Shown here: piece by piece, positions 28,851-37,787 of the stretch
Layout: the number at the start of each line of letters is the position of its first letter
How positions within the stretch are numbered: position 1 is the stretch's first letter
DNA from: Candidatus Omnitrophota bacterium
Lineage (GTDB): Bacteria; Omnitrophota; Gorgyraeia; Tantalellales; Tantalellaceae
DNA length: 64,000 nucleotides
Direction of reading: 5' to 3'
Assembly: GCA_024277375.1 (NCBI GenBank)
Contig: JAJRVD010000025.1
Coordinates: 19,846-83,845, forward strand
The notes under the pieces: model-generated
Databases searched by the model: none
What the model saw: only the letters and a program-made list of their open reading frames with translations
What the model was told of the DNA's origin: nothing
Made by a program: the position numbers and the translations under genes

Positions 28851-30800
28851 TTAGAATAATCTGTACATCCTCTCGTACATCCGTTTATCATCATCAGGCA
28901 AAACGGTTTCGTTTTTGTCTTCTATGGCGCGAATCGTTTCTTTTCTTATCTCGCCCGCCTCTATACATTTGACGTATCCGTTCTTCGCGAGATCATTGAC
29001 AAACCGTTCATACTTGGTGACTTTCCTGGTTTTTTTCTCGGGCATGAAAACCAGGGTTGGCTTCCCGGAAGATACTGCCTCCGAAACCATCGAAATGCTT
29101 TCTCCCGAAACAACAACAACATCACTTTTCGCTAATATTTTTTCAACTGTATTTTTATCCTTATCTTGCACGCCTGAAACAAACTTACCTTTCACCTCTT
29201 TATTCTCAATATTTTCTTTGAGAATCGCTTCAATCTCTTTCGGTGTTCTTCGTGATGTAGTCACGTAAAAACCGCCCTCTATACCGACACACGCGTCACG
29301 TATTCCATCCGCTACAACTTTTGCCAGATCCTCGCCAAAACTGAAATGCGGATTGTCTCCGCCAAACAGCAAGCCAATACATTTTCGCTTGTCATCTGAC
29401 CCGCCCACCGTAGCTTCAGCGAGAGTGGGAGCCTCTATGTGTGCTTTTAGCCCTTCAGGGTCTATAAGATTAGGGGCTAGTTCCGTAACTATCACATTAT
29501 CTCTAACTTTTCCGCGCTGGTCATGTTTTGGCATAACTACAAGGTCAAAGCTCCTGCGATTGCCCCATCCCGGATCAAGCACAGTTACGTTTCGGGCATT
29601 ATTCTCTATTTTTATCATTTTATTAACCCCGAACAGTGTAGATCCGCAACTTATTATAACATCACCATACCGGCTACTTAGAACCTCGTAGCTTTCATTA
29701 GAAAGCGCCCGCTTTAAACATTTTAAACATCCCTGACAACGCCTGGTAAAAAACGGACTTATAGCGTTAAAAACAGCCTTGGCCCGCTTGCTTTTAAACT
29801 GAACTCTGAGGATATCAACTTCAACTTCCCCCTGCCGAAACCCTTCGTCTCTCCTATACATCTCGATCTGTTTAACAACCGCCAACGACTGTTTAAGATG
29901 CCCCTTTTTACCATCGTCCAGAACCATGATCTTTTTAACGGGGGTCAACTTCCATCTCTTATGCATCCAGAACCACTGTTCGGGATACGCCCTTATGTGC
30001 TTTTCGAGAAGCTTATTGTACCTTCGAGCATAAAGAGTAACATCCTCATCTTTTCCGACAACCATGGGTTCTTCCAGGATCAATTCCTGATAAGGTCCCT
30101 TGACCCGGTGAATAAACGCCGGTAATACCCATGCTCCGCTCTTTTGAGCGAATCGGTATGGACCAATGGCTGTTGATGCCGGCCGTCCGAAAAAATCTAT
30201 AAGCTTACCGCTGGTACCCGCGTTTTGATCCGCGAGAAGGCCCACGCTTCTCCCTTCACGAAGAAGCCGGAACATCCTCTTGATATCCATCCCCTTGCGA
30301 ATTACGGTAGCTCCTTTTGATTCCCGCAGCTGATTAAAAAGCTCATTAAGCCTTTTCATTTTCTGCTCTCGCGCCAAAATACACAATGTGTATCCCTTAA
30401 TAGCGCTTGCCGCCGTACTTAATTCCCAATTCCCAAAGTGCGCGGAAACCATTATCATACCCTTCGGGTTTTTCGATGCTTTCTCTATCCTTTCCATATT
30501 TTGGATCTTTATGTATTTATCAACATACTTCTCATCGACCTTTGTCAAAGAAACAAGTTCGGCAAAAGTCTGTGCCATATGTCTGTAAACACCTTTTGAG
30601 ATATGCTTTATCTCTTTTGGTGTTTTCTCCCGGCAGAATGCCGCTTTGAGGTTGGCATATGTTATCCCTATTCTCTTTCCACTCAAAAGACGCACAAGAT
30701 CCCCAAGACACCTGCCCAACCAAAGGTTAAATCCTATCGGCATGACATGAAGAAACCGGTTCAATCCCCTAACCAGAAATGACGCTATTAAGTCCAGCAC
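28851..30800 (-). CDS. LpxL-family lipid A acyltransferase fused to ELM1/DUF1022-like GT-B domain
   Basis: 649 aa; N-terminal ~290 aa are LpxL/HtrB-like (HFGNWE, WFWMHKRWK); C-terminal ~350 aa match the mitochondrial-fission ELM1-like bacterial family (TTSRRTP ... SMVSEA motifs). Confidence 0.7.
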   Translation of the reverse strand: MLDLIASFLVRGLNRFLHVMPIGFNLWLGRCLGDLVRLLSGKRIGITYANLKAAFCREKTPKEIKHISKGVYRHMAQTFAELVSLTKVDEKYVDKYIKIQNMERIEKASKNPKGMIMVSAHFGNWELSTAASAIKGYTLCILAREQKMKRLNELFNQLRESKGATVIRKGMDIKRMFRLLREGRSVGLLADQNAGTSGKLIDFFGRPASTAIGPYRFAQKSGAWVLPAFIHRVKGPYQELILEEPMVVGKDEDVTLYARRYNKLLEKHIRAYPEQWFWMHKRWKLTPVKKIMVLDDGKKGHLKQSLAVVKQIEMYRRDEGFRQGEVEVDILRVQFKSKRAKAVFNAISPFFTRRCQGCLKCLKRALSNESYEVLSSRYGDVIISCGSTLFGVNKMIKIENNARNVTVLDPGWGNRRSFDLVVMPKHDQRGKVRDNVIVTELAPNLIDPEGLKAHIEAPTLAEATVGGSDDKRKCIGLLFGGDNPHFSFGEDLAKVVADGIRDACVGIEGGFYVTTSRRTPKEIEAILKENIENKEVKGKFVSGVQDKDKNTVEKILAKSDVVVVSGESISMVSEAVSSGKPTLVFMPEKKTRKVTKYERFVNDLAKNGYVKCIEAGEIRKETIRAIEDKNETVLPDDDKRMYERMYRLF

Positions 30801-31812
30801 TGATCTTCTCCTCTCCCTCGGTAATATTGATCACAATGTCCAGTATAAAAAGTTTCTTTTCAACGGAAGAAACATCCAAGTCCTTCATTTTTACATAATC
30901 TTTCCGTGTAGTAATAATTTTTTCCACCCTGCTGCCTGCACATTTATCGCATATTCTGGAAATATCATCCTGCGTGTAACTATGATGATCCGCGTAATCT
31001 ATTCTCAAGACGCCGGCAACACCCAGAGTATTTGTTATAAATTCAAAATAATCGGGATCCCCTATCCCGCTCACAATACAGACTCTCTCACCTTTGAGAT
31101 CTTCCATAGAATAACCGCCACCCGCCGGGTCACTAAGCGCGGACGGCATATGGCGAGCTGTTACCACAGGTTTTCCGGGGGCTATCTTTTCTAACTTCTT
31201 TAAAATGAATCTTTTGCGTTCCTCTCCGGCCATATCGATCTTTGTAAGCACGAACATATCCGCCCGGTTAAGAGAGGATACCGGCTCCCGTAAGGTACCC
31301 CTGGGGAACAATGAATTGCTTCCGGAGAAGGAAACGCTATCCAACAGCACAATGTCCAGATCTCGCTTTATTCTCCTGTGCTGAAAACCATCATCGAGAA
31401 CAAGAACATTTTTTTCTTCCCGGGTGGCTCGCGCGGCGCTTAACACTCTATCCTGTCCCACAAAAACCGGAACACCCGGAAGATCTTCTTTGATCATACG
31501 GCATTCATCTTTGCCATATCCTCTGGTAAGCACCGCGGGAGCGGCATTCATCGAAAGAAGCCGATCCACGATATACATTACAAACGGCGTCTTACCCGTG
31601 CCTCCCAGGGTTATATTTCCAACACTTATGACAGATACTTTCACTTTATGTTGACGCCGCATCCCTGAACGAAATCCCCAATTTACAGAACCAACGGCGA
31701 TCGCGTAGACCCACGAGAGAACACGTAAAAAACCTTTCACGATAACGTGAGGAAACCCATTACGTTTATCTATCATAAGAGACAATATATACAATTTTAG
31801 CGATGCGAACAT
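30769..31812 (-). CDS. lpxK: tetraacyldisaccharide 4'-kinase
   Basis: LpxK homology with the P-loop VISVGNITLGGTGKTP; the true start is possibly the internal MIDKRNG. Confidence 0.85.
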   Translation of the reverse strand: MFASLKLYILSLMIDKRNGFPHVIVKGFLRVLSWVYAIAVGSVNWGFRSGMRRQHKVKVSVISVGNITLGGTGKTPFVMYIVDRLLSMNAAPAVLTRGYGKDECRMIKEDLPGVPVFVGQDRVLSAARATREEKNVLVLDDGFQHRRIKRDLDIVLLDSVSFSGSNSLFPRGTLREPVSSLNRADMFVLTKIDMAGEERKRFILKKLEKIAPGKPVVTARHMPSALSDPAGGGYSMEDLKGERVCIVSGIGDPDYFEFITNTLGVAGVLRIDYADHHSYTQDDISRICDKCAGSRVEKIITTRKDYVKMKDLDVSSVEKKLFILDIVINITEGEEKISAGLNSVISG

Positions 31813-31825
31813 AAGCTCTATTCTC

Positions 31826-31983
31826 TGTCATTCTGGCTGTGTCGTAATGTAAGGACTTGATTCATCAAGCCCGTTATGTCGGGTTCGCTAAGCTTGTCCC
31901 CGCGAAAGCGGGGATCGAACCCGATATAACATATTGTATACGGCCATTCGAAAAACAAATTGCGACACAGTCTGATCGCGAGG
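31826..31983 (+). repeat. MITE-like element, family A, copy 6, with a GC hairpin (TCCCCGCGAAAGCGGGGA) inserted in the core
   Basis: Arms conserved; the core centre is replaced or interrupted by a 21-bp GNRA-type hairpin; lies between lpxK and waaA. Confidence 0.75.
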
Positions 31984-31985
31984 GT

Positions 31986-33290
31986 TTATAAATACTCTTC
32001 AACTTTCTCTATCGTAACACTTACCGCTCCGGTATTTTCCTCTATAACTTTCCGCGCGCCTTCCGCCGCGCGGTCACGTTTTTCTGGATCATTCAAAAGT
32101 TCCTCTGTTAGATCCTTAAGGTGCCTTTTATCCTTTACCCGGAAGGCTGCGTTATGCTCCAGGAATATATCGGATACTTCGCGAAAATTAAACATATGCG
32201 GACCGAAAACAACTGCCTTACCCCATCTTGCCGCTTCAATCGGGTTCTGTCCTCCCTTTTTCACAAGACTTCCGCCAATAAAAACCACGGTAGCTATACC
32301 ATAAATATCCTTGAGATGACCTATCGTGTCGACGAGCAAAACATCGTAACCTGTGTCTTCAGCACTGCCTGATAAACAGCGACACTTTAGCCCCTCTTTT
32401 TCAACATGGATCTTTATGGCTTCGGCTCTCTCAATATGCCGTGGAGCTAAAACAAGTTTCAAATTCTTCCTGTCAGCTTTGAGGTCCTTATAGATGTCGA
32501 TGATCTCGTTCTCTTCGGGACAATGGGTGCTACCCGCGACAACGATCTCATCATTGGCATTAAAGCCCCACCGTTCCCTACCTGGTACCGCGTCGAAAGG
32601 AACGGGATCTTTTTCGTCAAATTTCATATTGCCGGTAACAAAAACTTTTTCTGACGAAGCGCCTAATTCCTGTATTCTTTCAGCATCCCGATCGGACTGC
32701 ATACAAAAACAACTAATACCCTTGAGAATACGCCTGGTTACAAACCTTATCTTCTTGTAATTCTCAAAGGACCCATCTGATATGCGACCATTAGCAATAA
32801 CAACCGGAACATCCTTCGAATACAATTCTTCCAGGAGATTAGGCCAGAGCTCCGTTTCTACCATCACATACAAACGAGGTTTCAAGAGACGTACCACACG
32901 AGCGGTTACCATCCTCATGTCTATCGGATAGTAAAATACGGCATCGACATTGCCGTTGGCAAGTTTTCGTATCATATTATTCCCGGTCTGTGTAGTTGTC
33001 GACACTATAACCGGAGTGTCTTTAAACTTACATTTGATGTCCGCGGCCAATTTTGCCGCCAAGGCCGCCTCCCCCACGCTCACCGCGTGTATCCAAACAG
33101 GATTGGAGAGTATCGTAACCTCTCTGGGCAAAAATCCAAGCTTTTGAAAAAAATCCCGGTGGGCTTTTCGCTTTACCAGAAGATACGGAATGTAAAAAAT
33201 GCTGAAAATTATAAAAAACAGATCGTATATTAATCTCATAGTAGCCTTGTCGGCGAATAGTCGTTGGTAAATAGTATTGGACCGGCTCAA
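31986..33290 (-). CDS. waaA: 3-deoxy-D-manno-octulosonic acid transferase (Kdo transferase)
   Basis: 434 aa; WaaA/KdtA family; N-terminal membrane anchor; alternative start at MRLIYDLFF (33239). Confidence 0.88.
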   Translation of the reverse strand: MSRSNTIYQRLFADKATMRLIYDLFFIIFSIFYIPYLLVKRKAHRDFFQKLGFLPREVTILSNPVWIHAVSVGEAALAAKLAADIKCKFKDTPVIVSTTTQTGNNMIRKLANGNVDAVFYYPIDMRMVTARVVRLLKPRLYVMVETELWPNLLEELYSKDVPVVIANGRISDGSFENYKKIRFVTRRILKGISCFCMQSDRDAERIQELGASSEKVFVTGNMKFDEKDPVPFDAVPGRERWGFNANDEIVVAGSTHCPEENEIIDIYKDLKADRKNLKLVLAPRHIERAEAIKIHVEKEGLKCRCLSGSAEDTGYDVLLVDTIGHLKDIYGIATVVFIGGSLVKKGGQNPIEAARWGKAVVFGPHMFNFREVSDIFLEHNAAFRVKDKRHLKDLTEELLNDPEKRDRAAEGARKVIEENTGAVSVTIEKVEEYL

Positions 33291-33317
33291 GACTATTCAC
33301 CATAAACCATTCACGCG

Positions 33318-34193
33318 CTACGCGCGTGGATGTGCTTTCGAGTATATCTCTTTTATACGTTTTGAACCGAGATGCGTATATATTTGTGTTGTCGATAAAT
33401 TTTTATGACCTAAAAGCTCCTGCACACTCCTGAGATCCGCGCCATTATTGAGCATATGGGTCGCGAATGAATGCCTGAGCGAATGCGGTGATATTTTTTG
33501 TTCTATCCCGCATTTAGTTATATATTTGTCAATAACTCGCCTTATGCTCCGATCAGTAAGGCGCGTGCCCCTCGCGTTAAGAAAAAGAGCTTTTACGGAA
33601 TCCTGCCCCTCGAGGCTTCTTTCTTTCAGATAATTCCGTAACGCGCTCCCGGCTTCCGATCCCAACAAGGTAAGCCGCTCTTTTTTTCCCTTACCTTTAA
33701 CTTTTGCCACTCCCGAGAGAAGATCCACATCCTGCTGATCTAGCTGAACCAATTCACTAACACGCATCCCCGTTGAATACAATATCTCCAGGATAGCCCT
33801 ATCTCGCAATCCAAGGATATTATCCGACAATGGCGAGGTTATAAACTTAAGCATCTTTTCGGTATCCAAAAATTCCGGCAAACGCCTATCCAGCTTTGGA
33901 GTAAAAATGCTATCCGCCGGATTTTGTGTTAAATATTTTTCCCTAAAAAGAAATCTAAAAAAAGAGCGTATCGCTCCCAGCTTTCTTACAACCGTACGTT
34001 TGGCGCAATTTCTCCCTTTAAGCTCCGCTAGGAAACGCCTGAGATCAAGGTGAGTTGTTTTTCTAGGATCTTTATCGTCCAAAAAATCAGCAAGCTCATT
34101 AAGGTCTGTCTTATAACACCGTAATGTATGCGCTGAATAGTTCTTCTCTATATCCAGATAAGAAACGAACTTCACAACGAAACGTTTCATCAT
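33318..34193 (-). CDS. tyrosine site-specific recombinase XerC/XerD
   Basis: 291 aa; phage-integrase catalytic domain with R...HxxR...Y (HSLRHSFATHML ... LGHKNLSTTQIYTH). Confidence 0.85.
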   Translation of the reverse strand: MMKRFVVKFVSYLDIEKNYSAHTLRCYKTDLNELADFLDDKDPRKTTHLDLRRFLAELKGRNCAKRTVVRKLGAIRSFFRFLFREKYLTQNPADSIFTPKLDRRLPEFLDTEKMLKFITSPLSDNILGLRDRAILEILYSTGMRVSELVQLDQQDVDLLSGVAKVKGKGKKERLTLLGSEAGSALRNYLKERSLEGQDSVKALFLNARGTRLTDRSIRRVIDKYITKCGIEQKISPHSLRHSFATHMLNNGADLRSVQELLGHKNLSTTQIYTHLGSKRIKEIYSKAHPRA

Positions 34194-36346
34194 TATTCAC
34201 CCTTCACGCCGCCATCACCATCTCCATTCTCTTTCTCGTCGGCAGCCGGAAGTGTTTTGGTAATAAACGTACATTTCGGATACTTCGTGCATCCATAGAA
34301 TGCGCCCCTTCGGGATCTTCGTTCTATAAGCTCACCATCACAGTCTTCGGTAGGACATTTAACTCCACTCGTTATCGATTTTGAGAACTTGCATTCAGGG
34401 AACGTTGAACAACTCATAAAACGTCCACGACGACCCCATTTTATCACAAGGGGCTTCCCGCACTCGTCACAAAACTCATCAGTCTCAATATCTTTGTGTT
34501 TGACCTTTTTTATGTTTTCTTGCGCCGCTTTAAGCATTTCCGAAAAGGGCCCATAAAAATCTCTCAATACGGCAACCTTGTCAATTTTCCCGTCTTCAAC
34601 ATCATCCAACTCATCCTCCATACCGGCCGTAAACGCGTCATCAACAATTTTCGGAAAATGCTCTACAAGTAATTTGTTTACCAACTCACCCAGTTCTGTC
34701 GGCTGCAAACTTTTCCCCAAACGCTTAACATAATTACGACGAATTATCGTTCTTATCGTAGGGGCGTATGTTGACGGTCTTCCTATCCCTTTTTCCTCAA
34801 GAATTTTAACGAGAGAAGCGTCCGTATAGCGTGGAGGCGGCTTAGTAAAATGCTGCCCCGGGATCAATTCCTCAAGATCGGTTTCTTCCAAAACTTCCAA
34901 CGGCGGCATCTCCGCCATATCCTCGCCTCTTTCTCCGTCATCAATATAAACACGAAGAAAACCGTCAAATTTGAGCTGCGCGCCACCGGCTTTAAACCTG
35001 TAGTCCCCCGCGTCAATACTGACGCTCAAAACAGAATAAAGCGCGTTTGTCATCTGGCTCGAAACAAATCTCTTCCATATAAGTTTGTAAAGCTTGATCT
35101 CGTCGTCATTAAGAAAAGGGGCGACATCGTCCGGATGACGAATGGGCAGTGTCGGCCTTATAGCTTCATGAGCTTCCTGGGCTCTCTTTTTTGATTTGTA
35201 TACCGGCGGCTTTTCCGGGCAATATTTGTCCCCGTACTTGTCCTTGATATACTGACGAACTTCCACTTGCGCGTCCTGAGAAATACGAACTGAATCTGTA
35301 CGCATGTATGTTATTAAACCTACGCTCCCCTCAGAACCCAGTTCAACCCCTTCATAAAGACTTTGCGCTATTCTCATGGAATTTGAAGCCGAAAAATTCA
35401 GTTTATTGAAAGCGTCCTGCTGCATAACAGAAGTGGTATATGGTGAACGCGGATAACTCTTTTTCTCTTTGCGGCTCACACTGCTCACTATAAATTTTTC
35501 TTTTTCTATCTCTTCGACTATTTTATTTACACTTTCCTCGTTTTGAATATGTATTTTTTCACCCTTGTGTTTTGCCAGCTTAGCTTCAAATGTAAGAGGC
35601 CCGTTATAACCCTCGGGGGGTGCTATTTTTTTCTTAAGACGCGCGACTAAACTCCAGTACTCCTCTTTTACGAAATTTTTTATATCCTCTTCCCTGTCTA
35701 CTATCAACCGAACAGCTATAGACTGCACTCTTCCGGCACTTAAGCCCCGTGTCACGTTTTTCCATAAAATGGGACTCAGTGAATACCCCACAATCCTGTC
35801 CATGATCCTTCTGGCCTGCTGGGCATTCACTTTCTCCATATCTAAAGTACGCGGATTTTCGAAAGCCTTTTTAACCGCTTTCGCCGTGATCTCATCGAAA
35901 CTTACTCTGTAAATTTCCGGATTTTTAGAATCGAGTTCATTTTTTAAATGCCAGCAAATAGCTTCCCCTTCTCTATCCGGGTCAGCCGCGAGGTATATTG
36001 CCTTTACAACTTTAGCTTCTTTCACCAGGCTGGTAAGATACTTTTTTCGCCCCTTCATAACCAGATATTCAGGCTCAAAATCCTTTTCAAAATCTATACC
36101 CATTCGGCCGGCGGGCAAGTCTATAATATGCCCCATGCTCGCGAGAACTTTGTATTCCCTACCCAGGATCTTATTTATAGTTTTTGATTTCGCCGGTGAT
36201 TCTACAATAACCAGATAGCCTGACCTTTTCTTTGGACTAGCCTTTCTCTTCGAAACGGCCTTTTTCTTAGCAGTGGTCTTTTTTACAGCTGGTTTTGCGG
36301 ATTTCTTTTTTGTATCCGATGTGGTTCCCTCTTTCTTAGTCGGCAT
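34193..36346 (-). CDS. topA: DNA topoisomerase I
   Basis: 717 aa; Lys-rich N-terminal tail; Toprim and topoisomerase IA core; C-terminal C4 zinc ribbons (CxxC pairs). Confidence 0.95.
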   Translation of the reverse strand: MPTKKEGTTSDTKKKSAKPAVKKTTAKKKAVSKRKASPKKRSGYLVIVESPAKSKTINKILGREYKVLASMGHIIDLPAGRMGIDFEKDFEPEYLVMKGRKKYLTSLVKEAKVVKAIYLAADPDREGEAICWHLKNELDSKNPEIYRVSFDEITAKAVKKAFENPRTLDMEKVNAQQARRIMDRIVGYSLSPILWKNVTRGLSAGRVQSIAVRLIVDREEDIKNFVKEEYWSLVARLKKKIAPPEGYNGPLTFEAKLAKHKGEKIHIQNEESVNKIVEEIEKEKFIVSSVSRKEKKSYPRSPYTTSVMQQDAFNKLNFSASNSMRIAQSLYEGVELGSEGSVGLITYMRTDSVRISQDAQVEVRQYIKDKYGDKYCPEKPPVYKSKKRAQEAHEAIRPTLPIRHPDDVAPFLNDDEIKLYKLIWKRFVSSQMTNALYSVLSVSIDAGDYRFKAGGAQLKFDGFLRVYIDDGERGEDMAEMPPLEVLEETDLEELIPGQHFTKPPPRYTDASLVKILEEKGIGRPSTYAPTIRTIIRRNYVKRLGKSLQPTELGELVNKLLVEHFPKIVDDAFTAGMEDELDDVEDGKIDKVAVLRDFYGPFSEMLKAAQENIKKVKHKDIETDEFCDECGKPLVIKWGRRGRFMSCSTFPECKFSKSITSGVKCPTEDCDGELIERRSRRGAFYGCTKYPKCTFITKTLPAADEKENGDGDGGVKGE

Positions 36347-37475
36347 TAAACACTCCCTTATTTGATCGTAAGTCCTTGCGAACGAAATTCTTACCTGCTT
36401 GTGCTTTCACTAACCCCTTTATTTCAAGTTTCATTAATATCTCCGATAACTTTCTGGGGTCAGTACTCGAACTTGCCGAAAGCTGGTCTATATGCAGTGG
36501 AACTTGTTCTTCCAGCATGCCCAGGACACCTCTTTCCTCTTCCCCAAGTCCATACATAACTAAAGATTCTTCCTTTGTTTTTACATCAATGTTTTGCGGT
36601 GCGGATATTTCAAATTCTTCCAGAATATCACCAACATGTAACACCAGTTTGGCACCGTTCTGTATAAGACGATTAGTACCCCTACTTGTAAGTGAATCCG
36701 CCCTTCCGGGAAAAGCAAAAACCTCCCTACCCTGGTCAAGCGCGAAATCAGCTGTTATCAAAGCGCCGCTTCTTTCGGCAGCCTCAACAACTACTACGCC
36801 CCTGGCCATGCCTGAAATTATCCTATTCCTTCTGGGGAAAGACGATTTACTCGGCATAGTATCGGAAGAATACTCAGTAATAACCGCGCCGTTGTAAGCT
36901 ATCGTCGAGACAAGTTTTTCGGATCCTTTGGGATAAATATGTCTGAACCCGCTTCCCATAACGGCAATTGTGCGCCCTCCCGCTTTTATTGCCCCTTTAT
37001 GCGCGGCCTGATCTATGCCTTTGGCCATACCGCTGATAACGGTTACACCCTTTTTAGCAAGATCAAATGCCAACCTTTCCGCCATCTTAAGCCCATACAA
37101 AGAACATCTTCGAGGCCCCACTATCGCCACTGCCTCAGCGTCGACCGGCCTCAGACTTCCCTTGCAAAAAAGCACGGGCGGCGGATCATAAATATTTTTT
37201 AAAGATTCCGGATAAGCTCTATCAAAACAACATATCGGATGGATGTCTTCCGAATCCATATAAGTCATTTCCTCCGCGTAAACTCGCGACTTTCTTACAT
37301 CCGACATCTGCTCTATCCCTCCGTAACGCAATCCTGTTAGCTCTGCCAGGCGAGCGGGAGCCAGCGAAAAGATCTCTTCGGTATTCTGAGTGTTTTTCAA
37401 TAACGTCATTATTCTTTTGGGACCAAGCCCTTCCAATAAATTCAAAGCCACTATATCCCGACATGTTTTATTCAT
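36336..37475 (-). CDS. dprA: DNA processing protein DprA (Smf)
   Basis: 379 aa; DprA Rossmann-like domain (GMAKGIDQAAH ... GALITA); canonical dprA-topA adjacency. Confidence 0.9.
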   Translation of the reverse strand: MNKTCRDIVALNLLEGLGPKRIMTLLKNTQNTEEIFSLAPARLAELTGLRYGGIEQMSDVRKSRVYAEEMTYMDSEDIHPICCFDRAYPESLKNIYDPPPVLFCKGSLRPVDAEAVAIVGPRRCSLYGLKMAERLAFDLAKKGVTVISGMAKGIDQAAHKGAIKAGGRTIAVMGSGFRHIYPKGSEKLVSTIAYNGAVITEYSSDTMPSKSSFPRRNRIISGMARGVVVVEAAERSGALITADFALDQGREVFAFPGRADSLTSRGTNRLIQNGAKLVLHVGDILEEFEISAPQNIDVKTKEESLVMYGLGEEERGVLGMLEEQVPLHIDQLSASSSTDPRKLSEILMKLEIKGLVKAQAGKNFVRKDLRSNKGVFNAD

Positions 37476-37530
37476 ACATCACCCACTCCTTCACTTTAAG
37501 CCACAGAGCGCTTTATGCCTTAACACCCCT

Positions 37531-37745
37531 GTCATTCAGACTGTGTCATAATGTAGGGGCTTGATCCATCAAGCCCGTTATATCGGGTTCGATGAATCGA
37601 ACCCCTACAATATACTGTATGCGGCCACCCGCAAAACGAATTACGACACAGCCTCATTGCAAGGCCTGCAAGATAGAAGCAATCTCTAGATGATATCCTT
37701 CGACTCGGCCTCGCATGTCTCGACTTCGCTCAGGATAAATTCGAA
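37531..37745 (+). repeat. MITE-like element, family A, copy 7 (composite with type-2 tail)
   Basis: Core plus arms at 37531-37665, then AGCAATCTCTAGATGATATCCTTCGACTCGGCCTCGC...CGCTCAGGATAA; lies between dprA and the aroK-HD-GYP gene. Confidence 0.85.
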
Positions 37746-37787
37746 ATACAATTTATGTTCGCTTCGCTCCATAAAATGTTTCTTCAT

